From contig JBFOMH010000009.1 of the NCBI GenBank assembly GCA_040830765.1, positions 64,001-128,000 of the forward strand: a stretch of 64,000 nucleotides of DNA, written 5' to 3'. The position numbers and the translations under genes were made by a program. The notes below the pieces were generated by a model. The model was given only the letters and a program-made list of their open reading frames with translations, had not been told where the DNA came from and did no database searches. The DNA is from Puniceicoccaceae bacterium (GTDB lineage Bacteria; Verrucomicrobiota; Verrucomicrobiia; Opitutales; Oceanipulchritudinaceae). Every line of letters starts with the position of its first letter. Position 1 is the stretch's first letter. Positions 23,085 through 33,650 of the stretch are shown piece by piece.

Positions 23085-23145
23085 ATCTCCTCCCATCCTC
23101 CCCACTTGAAAACAACCCGGTAAAACAACAAGGAACCAGCATCAC

Positions 23146-26100
23146 ATGATCAAACATCCAGCGTACGAAGAAGATCTCGCTCTCAAGCGCTTTGCCCTTT
23201 CCGACAACCAGACCAAGCCCCGATTCGACTGGCGGGGCATCGTCAAGGATGACTCCCTCTTTCCGGCCGACATGATCCCTTCCACCGTCAAGGTCAAGGA
23301 AGGGGAAAACGTGGCTGACTTTGACCTCGCCGAGGTTGCCGAAACCGTTGGCACCGCCCTGACCAACCTGATCCTCTCCCGCGATGAGGAGGAAACCGAC
23401 ATCTTCAACGACAAGAACTGCCAGTTTGTCGCTGCCGTCGCGACCACGGTCGCCACCCGGCTTGGGCAACTGGCCAAGGAAGGCAAGCCGCTGACCCTGA
23501 GCGAATCCGAGGTCTACCTCCTGGTCGAGAAGACCCTTATCGAGAACAACGCCCCGGACGTCGCCAAGAGCCTCCTTCTCCTGCGCAATTCCTCTCGCGA
23601 TACCATCCGTCCGGCCAAACTGGATGTCTCGGTCATCCGCCGTAACAACAAGGTTGTCCAGTGGGATTCGACCAAGGTGGAAGTTGCCGTCCGCAAGGCT
23701 TTCCTGACCTTGGGACTCGATTCCGAGCCAGCCGTCAAGGTGACGGAAGCCGTCGGGGACCAGATCCATGCCCAGCACATGACCCGGATCCACATCGAGG
23801 AAATCCAGGACATCGTACAGGAGGAACTGATGCGCCTGGGCCACTTCAAGGTGGCAGAGGCTTATATCCTCTACCGGGCCCACCGGCGCCATCTCCGCGA
23901 GGAGGAACTGGGCAAGCCGGCCGAGGATGATCGTCAGGAAAGCATGATCATGATCACCCTTCCCGATGGAACCAACGAGTTCTGGGATGGGATTGACCTT
24001 AAGAAGCGGGTTGAGTTCGCCATGATTGGACTGGACCTCTGCCTCAGCAAGGACGAGATCGAGGCCGAGTTGCGCCGCTCCCTCTACAGCGAAATGAAGC
24101 AGGAGGACCTCAAGCAGACCATCATCCTCAACGCCAAGAGCCTTATCGAGTATGATGCCGACTTCTCCAAGTTTGCCGGGCGGATCCTGCTCAGTTACAT
24201 TTACGAGGAAGTCCTCGACTGGAGCATTGTCCAGGATGGCATCGGCAAACTCAAGGAAGCCCACCAGAAGGCATTCCGCCGCTACCTCCACCGGGGCATT
24301 GAAATTGACCGTCTCAATCCAGCTATTCTCGAGCGCTACGACGTGACCAAGCTGGCCCTGGCCCTCGATCCGGGCGCGGACATGGACTTCGACTACCTTG
24401 GCATCCAGACGCTTTATGACCGTTACCTCATCGTCGACAAGATGAAGAAGCCGACCCGCCGACTGGAGGTCCCCCAGTTCTTCTGGATGCGCGTTGCTAT
24501 GGGTATCTTCATTGCTGAGCGGGAAGAACCGGAAGAGTGGGTCATCCAGCTGTACAGCATGTACAAAAGCCGCCGCTTCTGCAGCAGCACGCCTACCCTG
24601 TTCAATTCCGGCACCCTGCACAGCCAGCTCTCCAGTTGTTACCTCTACCGGGTCAGCGATTCCATCGAGAGCATCATGCAACGCGGCATTGCCGAAAACG
24701 CCTACCTCTCGAAGTGGGCCGGCGGCCTCGGTGGTTCATGGACATCCGTGCGCGGTACCGGTTCCTACATCAAGGGAACCAACGGGGAAAGCCAGGGTGT
24801 CATTCCGTTCCTCAAGTTGCATAACGACCAGTTGGTGGCAGTCAACCAGGGCGGCAAGCGTCGGGGATCCGGCTGTGCCTATCTCGAGACCTGGCACAAC
24901 GATATTCTCGACTTCCTCGAACTGCGCAAGAACACCGGGGATGACCGCCGCCGGACTCATGACATGAACACTGCCAACTGGATCCCGGACTTGTTCATGA
25001 AACGGATGGAAGGTCGTCAGGAGTGGACCCTGTTCCGCTCCAACGAGGTGCCGGACCTCCATGACCTCTACGGCAAGGCCTTCGAGGAAAAATATGAGCA
25101 CTACGAGCAGCTGGCCGAGGAAGGCAAAATCTGGGGCCAGAAGATGCCCGCCATCGACCTCTGGAAGCAGATGCTGAAGATGCTCTTTGAGACCGGTCAC
25201 CCCTGGATCACATTCAAGGACACCTGCAATCTGCGCAGCCCGCAGGACCATGCCGGCGTCATCCACAGTTCCAATCTCTGCACGGAGATCACCCTCAACA
25301 CGGGTGAGGATGAAACCGCGGTCTGTAACCTGGGTTCCGTGGTCTTGGAAAACCATATCGCCGACGATGGCTCTATCGACCACAAGAAGCTTCGTGAAAC
25401 CATCCGGATTGCTATCCGGGCCCTCGACAACGTCATCGACATCAACTTCTATCCGACCCAGGCAGCCAAGAATGCCAATCAGCGACACCGTCCCATCGGC
25501 ATGGGCGTCATGGGGCTGCAGAACGCGCTCTTCAGGCTCGGACACAGCTTCGCCAGTGAGGAAGCCGTTGAATTCAACGACACCTTCATGGAAGCGATTT
25601 CCTACTATGCCTATGAAGCCTCCAGCGATCTTGCCGGTGAACGGGGAACCTACAGCAGCTACAAGGGCTCGAAGTGGGACCGCGGTCTCCTCCCGCAAGA
25701 TACCATCGATCTCCTCGAAAAGGAACGCGGCACGGAACTCGAAGTGGTCCGTGAGGCCAAGATGGACTGGCAACCGGTGCGGGACAAAATCGCCCGTCAG
25801 GGAATGCGCAATTCCAACGTTCTCGCCATCGCCCCTACAGCGACCATCTCCAACATCATGGGCTCCAGCCCCTGTATCGAGCCGACTTACAAGAACATCT
25901 TCGTCAAGTCGAACCTGTCCGGTGAATTCATTGTCCTTAATGCCTACCTTGTCCGCGAGCTGAAGCAGCGGAACATGTGGGACGATGACATCCGCGACCA
26001 GTTGAAGTACTTTGATGGTGACTTGAGTAAGATTGAGGCCATTCCGGAGGACATCCGGCAGAAGTACCTGACCGCCTTCGATATCGACTACACCTGGATC

Positions 26101-26388
26101 GTCAAGGCGGCCTCCCGCCGCCAGAAGTGGATCGACCAGGCCCAGTCGGTCAACCTATGGCTCCCCAATCCGGACCTGAAAACCCTTTCCCATATGTACC
26201 GCAGCGCGTGGCATATGGGCCTGAAAACGACGTATTACCTCCGCACCCTTGGTGCCTCCAATATCGAGAAAGCCACGGTCTCCATCAAACAGGAAGCCAA
26301 TGAGCGCAAGACCTATACGGAGGCTGAAAAACAGGCCTGCTCGATTGAAGCCATGATGCGCGGAGAGGAATGTGAAGCCTGCCAGTAA
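23146..26388 (+). CDS. nrdA: Ribonucleotide reductase alpha subunit with multiple N-terminal ATP-cone-like domains
   Basis: STPTLFNSG, LSSCYL, SSNLCTEI, VCNLGS, IAPTATIS, DQAQS, KTTYYLR, C-terminal CEACQ. Confidence 0.97.
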   Translation: MIKHPAYEEDLALKRFALSDNQTKPRFDWRGIVKDDSLFPADMIPSTVKVKEGENVADFDLAEVAETVGTALTNLILSRDEEETDIFNDKNCQFVAAVATTVATRLGQLAKEGKPLTLSESEVYLLVEKTLIENNAPDVAKSLLLLRNSSRDTIRPAKLDVSVIRRNNKVVQWDSTKVEVAVRKAFLTLGLDSEPAVKVTEAVGDQIHAQHMTRIHIEEIQDIVQEELMRLGHFKVAEAYILYRAHRRHLREEELGKPAEDDRQESMIMITLPDGTNEFWDGIDLKKRVEFAMIGLDLCLSKDEIEAELRRSLYSEMKQEDLKQTIILNAKSLIEYDADFSKFAGRILLSYIYEEVLDWSIVQDGIGKLKEAHQKAFRRYLHRGIEIDRLNPAILERYDVTKLALALDPGADMDFDYLGIQTLYDRYLIVDKMKKPTRRLEVPQFFWMRVAMGIFIAEREEPEEWVIQLYSMYKSRRFCSSTPTLFNSGTLHSQLSSCYLYRVSDSIESIMQRGIAENAYLSKWAGGLGGSWTSVRGTGSYIKGTNGESQGVIPFLKLHNDQLVAVNQGGKRRGSGCAYLETWHNDILDFLELRKNTGDDRRRTHDMNTANWIPDLFMKRMEGRQEWTLFRSNEVPDLHDLYGKAFEEKYEHYEQLAEEGKIWGQKMPAIDLWKQMLKMLFETGHPWITFKDTCNLRSPQDHAGVIHSSNLCTEITLNTGEDETAVCNLGSVVLENHIADDGSIDHKKLRETIRIAIRALDNVIDINFYPTQAAKNANQRHRPIGMGVMGLQNALFRLGHSFASEEAVEFNDTFMEAISYYAYEASSDLAGERGTYSSYKGSKWDRGLLPQDTIDLLEKERGTELEVVREAKMDWQPVRDKIARQGMRNSNVLAIAPTATISNIMGSSPCIEPTYKNIFVKSNLSGEFIVLNAYLVRELKQRNMWDDDIRDQLKYFDGDLSKIEAIPEDIRQKYLTAFDIDYTWIVKAASRRQKWIDQAQSVNLWLPNPDLKTLSHMYRSAWHMGLKTTYYLRTLGASNIEKATVSIKQEANERKTYTEAEKQACSIEAMMRGEECEACQ

Positions 26389-26414
26389 AGGCTGAACACG
26401 TCCTGCCCCTCTAC

Positions 26415-26450
26415 GAAAAGTCCCGCAGCCTGGAGGTTGCGGGACTTTTC
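26415..26450. terminator. Bidirectional terminator between nrdA and argG
   Basis: GAAAAGTCCCGCAGCC-TGGA-GGTTGCGGGACTTTTC between convergent genes. Confidence 0.9.
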
Positions 26451-26470
26451 TATTTTAACTAGAAAGCTGT

Positions 26471-27724
26471 TTACTCGCGGTTGAGTTCCGGTTCCGGCCC
26501 GGCATCGGGTGCCCCCTGGGCCTTCGCCCGGGCCCGCAAACGCAAGCCCTGCAGCCGAATGAATCCACTCGCATCGTCCGGATTGTAGTCACTCATGACA
26601 CCTTCCATGGAGGCGATATTTTCATCGTAAAGGGAATAAGGCGACTTGCGGCCAACGGTGGTAATGTTGCCCTTGTAGAGCTTGAGGCGGATCGTTCCAG
26701 TAACCTTCTCCTGACTCTTGTCGAAGAAGGCCTGCAAGGCTTCGCGCTCCGGAGCATACCAGAATCCGTTGTAGATCAGTTCCCCGTACTTCGGAATCAA
26801 GCTGTCGCGCAAATGCTCCAGATCCCGGTCCAAGGTCAGGGTTTCCATCTGCTTGCGGGCATGCAGCAGGATGGTCCCGCCCGGGGTCTCATAGACGCCA
26901 CGGCTCTTCATCCCGACAAAGCGATTTTCCACGATATCCACCCGCCCGATGCCATGCTTGCCAGCCAGGGCGTTCAGTTCCTTAAAAGCGCTGCCTGGAC
27001 TCAACTTTGTTCCATTGACGGCAACACAATCGCCGGACTCGAATTCCAATTCGACATACTCCGGCTCTTCCGGTGCATCCATCGGGTCAGCCGTCAGCTT
27101 GAACATGTCCTTGTTCTCGTCAGTCGTCGGGTCGAACCAGGGATCCTCCAGGATACCTGCCTCATAGGAAATATGGAGCAGGTTGCGGTCCATTGAGTAG
27201 GGTTTGCTGGCTGAAGCCTCGACATCGATGTTCTGTTCCTGGCAGTAGGCGATCATCTCTGAGCGACCAGGGAACTGCTTGCGGAACTCCGGCATGCGCC
27301 AGGGGGAAATGATCTGCAGGTCCGGCGCAAGGGCGGCATAGGTCAGCTCAAAGCGAACCTGGTCGTTGCCCTTCCCAGTGGCCCCGTGGGCGACGGCATC
27401 CGCCCCTTCCTTGCGGGCGATGGCAATCTGCGCCTTGGCAATGAGGGGACGGGCAATGGACGTCCCGAGGTAATACTGATTCTCGTAAAGGGCGTTGCCG
27501 CGCATCATCGGATAGATGAAATCGCGGGCAAATTCCTCCACTAGATCGACCGTGTAGTGGGCACTGGCGCCCGTGGCCTTGGCCTTTTCGGCGAGGCCGT
27601 CCAGTTCCTCCTCCTGCCCGACATCAGCCGCAAAGGTGATGATCTCGGCGTTGAAGTGGTTCTTCAGCCAGTTGACGAGTACGGAGGTATCGAGACCGCC
27701 GGAGTATGCCAGAACTATTTTCAT
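26471..27724 (-). CDS. argG: Argininosuccinate synthase
   Basis: [48 protein letters not shown]. Confidence 0.98.
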   Translation of the reverse strand: MKIVLAYSGGLDTSVLVNWLKNHFNAEIITFAADVGQEEELDGLAEKAKATGASAHYTVDLVEEFARDFIYPMMRGNALYENQYYLGTSIARPLIAKAQIAIARKEGADAVAHGATGKGNDQVRFELTYAALAPDLQIISPWRMPEFRKQFPGRSEMIAYCQEQNIDVEASASKPYSMDRNLLHISYEAGILEDPWFDPTTDENKDMFKLTADPMDAPEEPEYVELEFESGDCVAVNGTKLSPGSAFKELNALAGKHGIGRVDIVENRFVGMKSRGVYETPGGTILLHARKQMETLTLDRDLEHLRDSLIPKYGELIYNGFWYAPEREALQAFFDKSQEKVTGTIRLKLYKGNITTVGRKSPYSLYDENIASMEGVMSDYNPDDASGFIRLQGLRLRARAKAQGAPDAGPEPELNRE

Positions 27725-27738
27725 GATGATAAAAGGAT

Positions 27739-28695
27739 TTAGACGTTCGCGCTGTCAGAAAGGAAGGAAAGAATCGCCTTCTGGGCATGCAAGCGATTTT
27801 CTGCCTGATCGAAGACAATGCTTTGTCCGCTCTGGTAAACTTCAGCGGAAACTTCCTCCCCTTCATGGGCCGGAAGGCAATGCATGAAGAGGGCATCCGG
27901 CTTGGCAGCAGCCATCAAGGTGGTATTTACCTGGTAGGGGGCCAACTCCTGCAGGCGCTGGTCGCGTTCCTCCTCATCGCCCATGCTGACCCAGACATCC
28001 GTGTAGATAACATCGGCTCCGGAAGCAGCATCCATGGGATCAGTTGTGAAACGGTAGGTCTTTTCCAAACCCGCCTGTTCCAACCATTGGTCGACCGCCG
28101 TATCCGGGGTGTAGCCTGCCGGACCTGTGAGAACTACTTCCATGCCGGCCATGGCGCCACCAAGAATAAGGGAATGAGCCATGTTGGAGGCACAGTCGCC
28201 GGCAAAGACCAGCTTGCGGCCTTTTAGGGATTCCAACAATCCACCAACATTCCCCCAGCGCTCGGCCATTGTCAGGAGGTCCGCCACGACCTGGCAGGGA
28301 TGGAGGGCATCCGTCAAAGCATTGACTACCGGGATACCCCCTTCATGGGCAAATTCCTCAATGAAGCTGTGCTCAAACGTCCGGATGATGACACCATGGA
28401 TGTAGCGCGAAAGCACCTTGGCGGTGTCGGCTACGGTCTCACCACGACCGGTCTGCATCCGGTTCTGGTCAAGGATCATCGCATGGCCACCCAGCTCATT
28501 GATGCCAACCTCAAAGGAGACACGGGTCCGGGTTGAGGACTTGTGGAAGAGGAGTGCCCACGTTTGTCCAGCCAGCGGCTTGAAAGAGCCCTGGCCCCGG
28601 GAGGCCTTCAGCTCTGCAGCTAGTTCAAGGGCTTCCCCCAGCTGGGCCGGGGTCATGTCGGTTATCTTAAGAAAATGGGAAAGCTTGTTCATCAT
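27739..28695 (-). CDS. argF: Ornithine carbamoyltransferase
   Basis: [31 protein letters not shown]. Confidence 0.96.
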   Translation of the reverse strand: MMNKLSHFLKITDMTPAQLGEALELAAELKASRGQGSFKPLAGQTWALLFHKSSTRTRVSFEVGINELGGHAMILDQNRMQTGRGETVADTAKVLSRYIHGVIIRTFEHSFIEEFAHEGGIPVVNALTDALHPCQVVADLLTMAERWGNVGGLLESLKGRKLVFAGDCASNMAHSLILGGAMAGMEVVLTGPAGYTPDTAVDQWLEQAGLEKTYRFTTDPMDAASGADVIYTDVWVSMGDEEERDQRLQELAPYQVNTTLMAAAKPDALFMHCLPAHEGEEVSAEVYQSGQSIVFDQAENRLHAQKAILSFLSDSANV

Positions 28696-29924
28696 TCAGA
28701 ATGGGTTCCAAAAACAAAATCGAGAATTTCTAGTGAGGTATCGAGTTCCTCCTTACTGACAGTCAGTGGAGGCATCAGGCGAATGGCGTCGGTCCCCCCA
28801 CGCACGGTCAGGAGCCCGTTTTCGCGGAGGCGGTTGACCCATGGCACGGGATCCCCCTTGACCGTCAAGGCCATGTGGTATCCGAGCCCGCGGGTTCCGC
28901 AAAGATGGTCTGGATGGCGCTTCACGAGATCCTTCAAGGCAGAAATCCAAGGTTCGCTGAGATCATTGACCTTCTGCAGCAATTCTTCCTCTTCAATGAC
29001 ATCAAGCGTAGCCAGGGCTGCTGTACAGGCCAGTGGCGTCCCGCCAAAAGTCGTTCCGTGGGAACCCGGCGTGAAGAGGTCCGCAAAGGCCTCACTGACC
29101 CAGCCGGCTCCAATAGGGAATCCCCCGCCGAGGCCCTTGGCCATGCCGATGGCATCGGCCTTGATCCCGGCATGCTCGAAGGCAAAGAACTTTCCGGTCC
29201 GGCCGATGCCGCACTGCACCTCGTCGATGAGAAGGAGGATATCCTTCTCGTCGCAAAGGTCGCGCAGCCCCTTCAGGAAATCTGTAGTGGCAGGATGGAT
29301 ACCGCCTTCACCCTGAATGGACTCAACCATGATCGCAGCTACCGTTTCGTCCACCTGCTCCCGGAAGCTTTCGACATCATTGAACCGCGCATGCCGGAAT
29401 CCATCCAGCAAGGGCCCAAACCCTTCCTGGACTTTCTTCTGGGGGGTCGCGCTCATGCCGCCGTAGGTCCGGCCATGAAACGCGTTCTCCGCCGTGATGA
29501 CCCGGTAGCACTGGCCTTCTTCTCCCCCGGACTTCTTGCGGCCCCACAAACGGGCCAGCTTGATCAGGAACTCGTTGGCCTCCGCCCCGCTGTTGCAGAA
29601 GAAGACCTTCCCCTCCCCTGCTTGCTGGCAGAGCCGCATGGCCAACTCCCCCTGCTGGGGAACATGGAAGAGATTGCTCACATGTGCCAGTTGGGCAGCC
29701 TGATCCTGCACCTTCCCAACCCAGTGAGGATGCGAATGGCCGACCGCGGTCACCGCAATACCACTCAGGAAATCCAGATAGCGTCGGTTCTCGGCATCCC
29801 AGACAAAACTCCCCTCGCCCCGGACCAAGGTCATGGGTGCTGGGCCATAGTTCTTCAGGACGTGAGCATCATAGAGGGCCGCAACCTTCTTCGATGTCAC
29901 CTTACTCGCTGTTCTTGATGGCAT
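28692..29924 (-). CDS. argD: Acetylornithine aminotransferase
   Basis: NSGAEANE, FHGRT, IQGEGG, DEVQCGIGRTG, AKGLGGGFPIG, HGTTFGG; inside the arg operon. Confidence 0.93.
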   Translation of the reverse strand: MPSRTASKVTSKKVAALYDAHVLKNYGPAPMTLVRGEGSFVWDAENRRYLDFLSGIAVTAVGHSHPHWVGKVQDQAAQLAHVSNLFHVPQQGELAMRLCQQAGEGKVFFCNSGAEANEFLIKLARLWGRKKSGGEEGQCYRVITAENAFHGRTYGGMSATPQKKVQEGFGPLLDGFRHARFNDVESFREQVDETVAAIMVESIQGEGGIHPATTDFLKGLRDLCDEKDILLLIDEVQCGIGRTGKFFAFEHAGIKADAIGMAKGLGGGFPIGAGWVSEAFADLFTPGSHGTTFGGTPLACTAALATLDVIEEEELLQKVNDLSEPWISALKDLVKRHPDHLCGTRGLGYHMALTVKGDPVPWVNRLRENGLLTVRGGTDAIRLMPPLTVSKEELDTSLEILDFVFGTHSE

Positions 29925-29938
29925 GGCTATCTGTTGGA

Positions 29939-30823
29939 TTATTTCACGGCGTGGACAATTTCCGTACCCACACCCTTGTCAGTAAAGATTTCCAGGAGAA
30001 TGCTATGGGGCATCCTTCCGTCGATAAGGTGAACCCGGTGAACACCACGGCTCATTGCATTGACCGCGCTTTCCACCTTGGGCAGCATCCCGGATCCAAT
30101 AATGCCCGCGTCCCGCAAACCGGGAACCTCCGCTTCAGAAACACTGGAAATCAAGGTTTCCGGATCCTTGGGGTCCCGCAAAAGGCCGGGTACATCACAG
30201 AGGTAGACCAGGCGCCGAGCGCCAATGGCGGAAGCCAGATGTGCCGCGGCCACATCGGCGTTAACGTTGTAGAACTGGCCCTTCTTGTCCTGGGCCACCG
30301 GTGACACAATCGGAGTGTAGCTTTGTTCGAGGTACTTCAGGAGCCGTCCTGTTTCTACACTGGTGATGTCACCAACAAAGCCGAGATCAACGGGATTGCC
30401 ATCCCGGTCCGTTTCAAGGCGCTGACACCGGAACACATCCTGGCCTTTGACGCCGATGGGTTTTCCCCTGCGGGTCTGGATGTTTTCACAGATACCCAGA
30501 TTGATGCCCTCGTTCAGGGTCCGCTCGACAATGCCGATGGTCTTCTCGTCGGTGTAGCGCAGCCCGTTCTTCCAGACCGGTTCTATGTCAGCTTCCGCCA
30601 TCGCCTTGTTGATCGCCGGACCACCTCCATGGACCACGATGACGTGTATCCCGACAGTCGCGAGAAAGACAAGGTCGGTTGCCACACCCACCCGTGCGGC
30701 CTCGGTATCCATGAAGGACCCACCGAACTTAACCACAAAGATACTCCCCTTGAACTGCTGGAGGTAAGGCAACGCCTCCATCAGCACCTCGGTTTTTGTC
30801 TCAATATCAATATCGACCGGCAT
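29939..30823 (-). CDS. argB: Acetylglutamate kinase
   Basis: EALPYL, VVKFGG, VHGGGP, NVNAD, GMLPKV, LLEIFT. Confidence 0.96.
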   Translation of the reverse strand: MPVDIDIETKTEVLMEALPYLQQFKGSIFVVKFGGSFMDTEAARVGVATDLVFLATVGIHVIVVHGGGPAINKAMAEADIEPVWKNGLRYTDEKTIGIVERTLNEGINLGICENIQTRRGKPIGVKGQDVFRCQRLETDRDGNPVDLGFVGDITSVETGRLLKYLEQSYTPIVSPVAQDKKGQFYNVNADVAAAHLASAIGARRLVYLCDVPGLLRDPKDPETLISSVSEAEVPGLRDAGIIGSGMLPKVESAVNAMSRGVHRVHLIDGRMPHSILLEIFTDKGVGTEIVHAVK

Positions 30824-30825
30824 GA

Positions 30826-32064
30826 TTACTCCGATTTGTTGAAATTAACATATCCCTCAGTGAGGTCCGTCGACCAAACCCGGGAGCTTCCACTGCCCTG
30901 ACCAAGGTTCACCTGGATGCAGAACTTTTTGGCGGCCACGATCGTCTTCCAGTCCTCCAGCCGGTCCTCGTGAATCGTGCCCTTGATAAAAGCAGGCACA
31001 GGGTCACCTTCCAACGGGGCATAATGAATGCTGATAGTGTCCTCCTCCATGGCTGCACCACTGTAGCCCAAGGCGTCCATCAGCCGTCCCCAGTTGGGGT
31101 CGTTGCCGTACCAGGAGGACTTGACGAGAAGGGAATTGGCAATGGCTCGCGCCGCCATTTCCGCTTCGGTATCATTGGCCGCCCCGTCGATGCAAACCTC
31201 CACCACCTTGGTAATTTTTTCGCCGTCCCCGACAATCTTCTGGGCCAGGTCATGGCAGACTGCGGACAGTGCAGCCTTGAAGGAAGACCAATCGGGATGT
31301 CCCGGAGACAGCTTCATCCCGCTGGCTCCATTGGCAAAAACAAGGACGGTGTCATTTGTGCTTTCATCTCCATCAACCGTGACCGCGTTGAAGGTCGCCT
31401 TCACACTTTCCGAAAGGAGACGTTGCAGATCAGCCTGGGCCACCTCGGCATCAGTGCAAATAAAGGCCAGCATGGTGGCCATATTGGGCTCGATCATGCC
31501 GGCCCCCTTGGCCATTCCACCGATGGTCACGGAACCTGACTCGGTTTTCACTTCCACCGTACAGACTTTCCGCCGGGTGTCCGACGTTAGAATGGCATCG
31601 GCTGCCCGGAGGCCGGCCTCGGCCGTATCGTCCAATTTGGCGGCTGCTTCCGCAATACCGCAGACAATCCGCTCCATCGGGAGCCGCTTTCCAATTCGAC
31701 CGGTGGAACAGACAAAAACCTCGTTTGGGCTACAGCCGGCCGCAGTCGCGACCGCTGCCTGCATCAATTGCGCATCCTCCATCCCGTTTTCCCCGGTGCA
31801 GGCATTGGCATTGCCACTGTTGGCGACAAATCCCCGGTAAAGACCCCCTTTCGAGAGCAGGTCCCGACCGAGCCTCACCGGAGCGGCCGCCACCCGGTTG
31901 CGGGTAAAGACTCCGGCTACGGTCGCTGGCTCGTCCGAAATCAGCAAGGCGAGATCCAGCCGTTCGTCCGCCTTGTTCCGGACATCACAATGAACGCCGG
32001 CAATCCGGAATCCGGTCGCATCGACACAACCCTTGCTAGCCTCACTATATTTGAATCCGTTCAT
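30826..32064 (-). CDS. argJ: Bifunctional ornithine acetyltransferase
   Basis: NSGNANACTG, STGRIG, AKGAGMIEPNMATML, DGDESTND, DPNWGR. Confidence 0.96.
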   Translation of the reverse strand: MNGFKYSEASKGCVDATGFRIAGVHCDVRNKADERLDLALLISDEPATVAGVFTRNRVAAAPVRLGRDLLSKGGLYRGFVANSGNANACTGENGMEDAQLMQAAVATAAGCSPNEVFVCSTGRIGKRLPMERIVCGIAEAAAKLDDTAEAGLRAADAILTSDTRRKVCTVEVKTESGSVTIGGMAKGAGMIEPNMATMLAFICTDAEVAQADLQRLLSESVKATFNAVTVDGDESTNDTVLVFANGASGMKLSPGHPDWSSFKAALSAVCHDLAQKIVGDGEKITKVVEVCIDGAANDTEAEMAARAIANSLLVKSSWYGNDPNWGRLMDALGYSGAAMEEDTISIHYAPLEGDPVPAFIKGTIHEDRLEDWKTIVAAKKFCIQVNLGQGSGSSRVWSTDLTEGYVNFNKSE

Positions 32065-32082
32065 GATTGATGCCCCCTACGC

Positions 32083-33105
32083 TCAGGTAAGACCGGCGAA
32101 CTCAGGCCAGCCCAGCTTGAGGTTCATGATTTGTACCGCCTGGCCGCTGGCTCCCTTCATCAGGTTGTCCTCGGCACTGGTGATAATGAGGTTCCCGGTC
32201 CGGTTATCGGCATAGGCCGAAAACTCAACCCGATTCCGGCCGAGGACAGTGCGTGTCTCCGGTGCCTTGCCAGAAGGGAGGATGCGGACACCAGGCCGTC
32301 CCTCATAGGCCCGCTGCCAGCTGGAATAGATCTCGAGCACTCCTGCATGGCAGGGAACGACAATTGTCGTCGCAATCCCCCGCATCATGGGCACCAGGTG
32401 GGGGGTGAATTGAACAACAACCGGTTTGCCGGCAGCTTCCGAAAGTTGTTCCTCGATTTCCGACAAGTGCCGATGCTGGCCAATCCCGTAGGCGACCGCA
32501 CTCTCACTGCGCTCACAGTAGCTGTAAAACAGGCTTTCCTTTTTACCTGCGCCGGAAACCCCGCTCATGGAATTGATGACGATCCCGTCCGTAGACAGGA
32601 TACCATCCTTTATCAGCGGAAGCAGTGGGAGCAGGATACTGGTTGGATAGCAGCCCGGACAGGCGATTAGCGAGGATTTCTCCCAGCCCTCGGACGTGAA
32701 CTCCGGAAGGACATAGGGCGCCTTGGCCAGCCACTGCGGTTCCGGATGGGGTTTGCCATAATAGGACTCATAAACCTCCGGTGAGTTCAGCCGGAAGTCC
32801 GCGCTGAGGTCGATGACAGTGCGGCCCGCATCCACCAGCTTGAGAGCATACTCAGCCGCTACCCCATGGGGAAGAGCCAGGAACCACACGTCCACCTTCT
32901 CCTTGGCCAGCCCTTCGGCACTGGCCGGAAGAAAGGTCAAGTCCCCTACCACGCCGACAAGCCGTGGGAGCACGGAATCGACTCGTTGTCCGGCGTGGGA
33001 CCGCGAAGCGACGACCAGCCGCTCAACATGCGGATGTTTTGCCAAAATCTCCAGCAGGACTTCCCCGGAATACCCGGATGCCCCGACGATACCAATTGTC
33101 TGCAT
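32083..33105 (-). CDS. argC: N-acetyl-gamma-glutamyl-phosphate reductase
   Basis: IVGASGYSG, ALPHG, DLSADFR, CPGCYPT, SGVSGAG, DNLMKGASGQAVQ. Confidence 0.97.
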   Translation of the reverse strand: MQTIGIVGASGYSGEVLLEILAKHPHVERLVVASRSHAGQRVDSVLPRLVGVVGDLTFLPASAEGLAKEKVDVWFLALPHGVAAEYALKLVDAGRTVIDLSADFRLNSPEVYESYYGKPHPEPQWLAKAPYVLPEFTSEGWEKSSLIACPGCYPTSILLPLLPLIKDGILSTDGIVINSMSGVSGAGKKESLFYSYCERSESAVAYGIGQHRHLSEIEEQLSEAAGKPVVVQFTPHLVPMMRGIATTIVVPCHAGVLEIYSSWQRAYEGRPGVRILPSGKAPETRTVLGRNRVEFSAYADNRTGNLIITSAEDNLMKGASGQAVQIMNLKLGWPEFAGLT

Positions 33106-33135
33106 AAATTTGAAAGTTGAGGATTATCAGAGTGG

Positions 33136-33195
33136 AAAAACAAAAAGGGCCCTTTCTTCGACGGCAGGCGACTGCCGAGGAAGAAAGGACCCTTT
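33136..33195 (-). terminator. Long terminator hairpin after rpsI
   Basis: AAAGGGCCCTTTCTTC-GA-CGGCAG-gcga-CTGCCG-AG-GAAGAAAGGACCCTTT; T-rich tail on the minus strand. Confidence 0.85.
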
Positions 33196-33229
33196 GCAAA
33201 AGGTTTCGAAGCCTCGATAACAGAACGCC

Positions 33230-33631
33230 TTAGCGCTTGCTGAACTGGAAGCGCTTGCGCGCACCCGGTTGTCCAGCCTTCTTGCGCTCACGTCGTCGAG
33301 GGTCGCGCTTCAGGTGGCCTGCCTTCTTGAGGGGGCTCCGCAGCTCGCTGTCATACTTCTCCAGGGCCCGGGCGAGGCCGTGGGCAACCGCTGTAGCCTG
33401 CCCGTTCGGGCCGCCACCCTGCACCTTGGCTATGACGTCCATCTTTCCCTTGAGGTCGACCGTAACGAGCGGTCCCTCCGCCGTCCGGGCAAGGGTTTCA
33501 AAATAGCAGTAGGTTTCCATGTCCTTCCCGTTGACAGTGAAGGATCCGGTTCCATTCGGGATCAGGCGAACCCGCGCCGTGGACCGCTTACGCCGTCCGG
33601 TGGCAGTGATAACTGTAGCTGTTTCCGTCAT
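33230..33631 (-). CDS. rpsI: 30S ribosomal protein uS9
   Basis: TGRRKRSTARV, GGGPNGQA, RERKKAG, QFSKR. Confidence 0.98.
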   Translation of the reverse strand: MTETATVITATGRRKRSTARVRLIPNGTGSFTVNGKDMETYCYFETLARTAEGPLVTVDLKGKMDVIAKVQGGGPNGQATAVAHGLARALEKYDSELRSPLKKAGHLKRDPRRRERKKAGQPGARKRFQFSKR

Positions 33632-33650
33632 CTTGAGAGAAAATTATCGG

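Noticed and set aside
23083..25773. 532-aa and 345-aa minus-strand ORFs
   Set aside because: Antisense shadows of nrdA
28875..29918. 347-aa plus-strand ORF
   Set aside because: Antisense shadow of argD
26471..33105. argH missing from the arg cluster
   Set aside because: argH is often encoded elsewhere; cannot be judged from one window
33101..33114. ARG-box-like TGCATAAATTTGAA at the argC start
   Set aside because: Single weak match with a poor right half and no tandem partner
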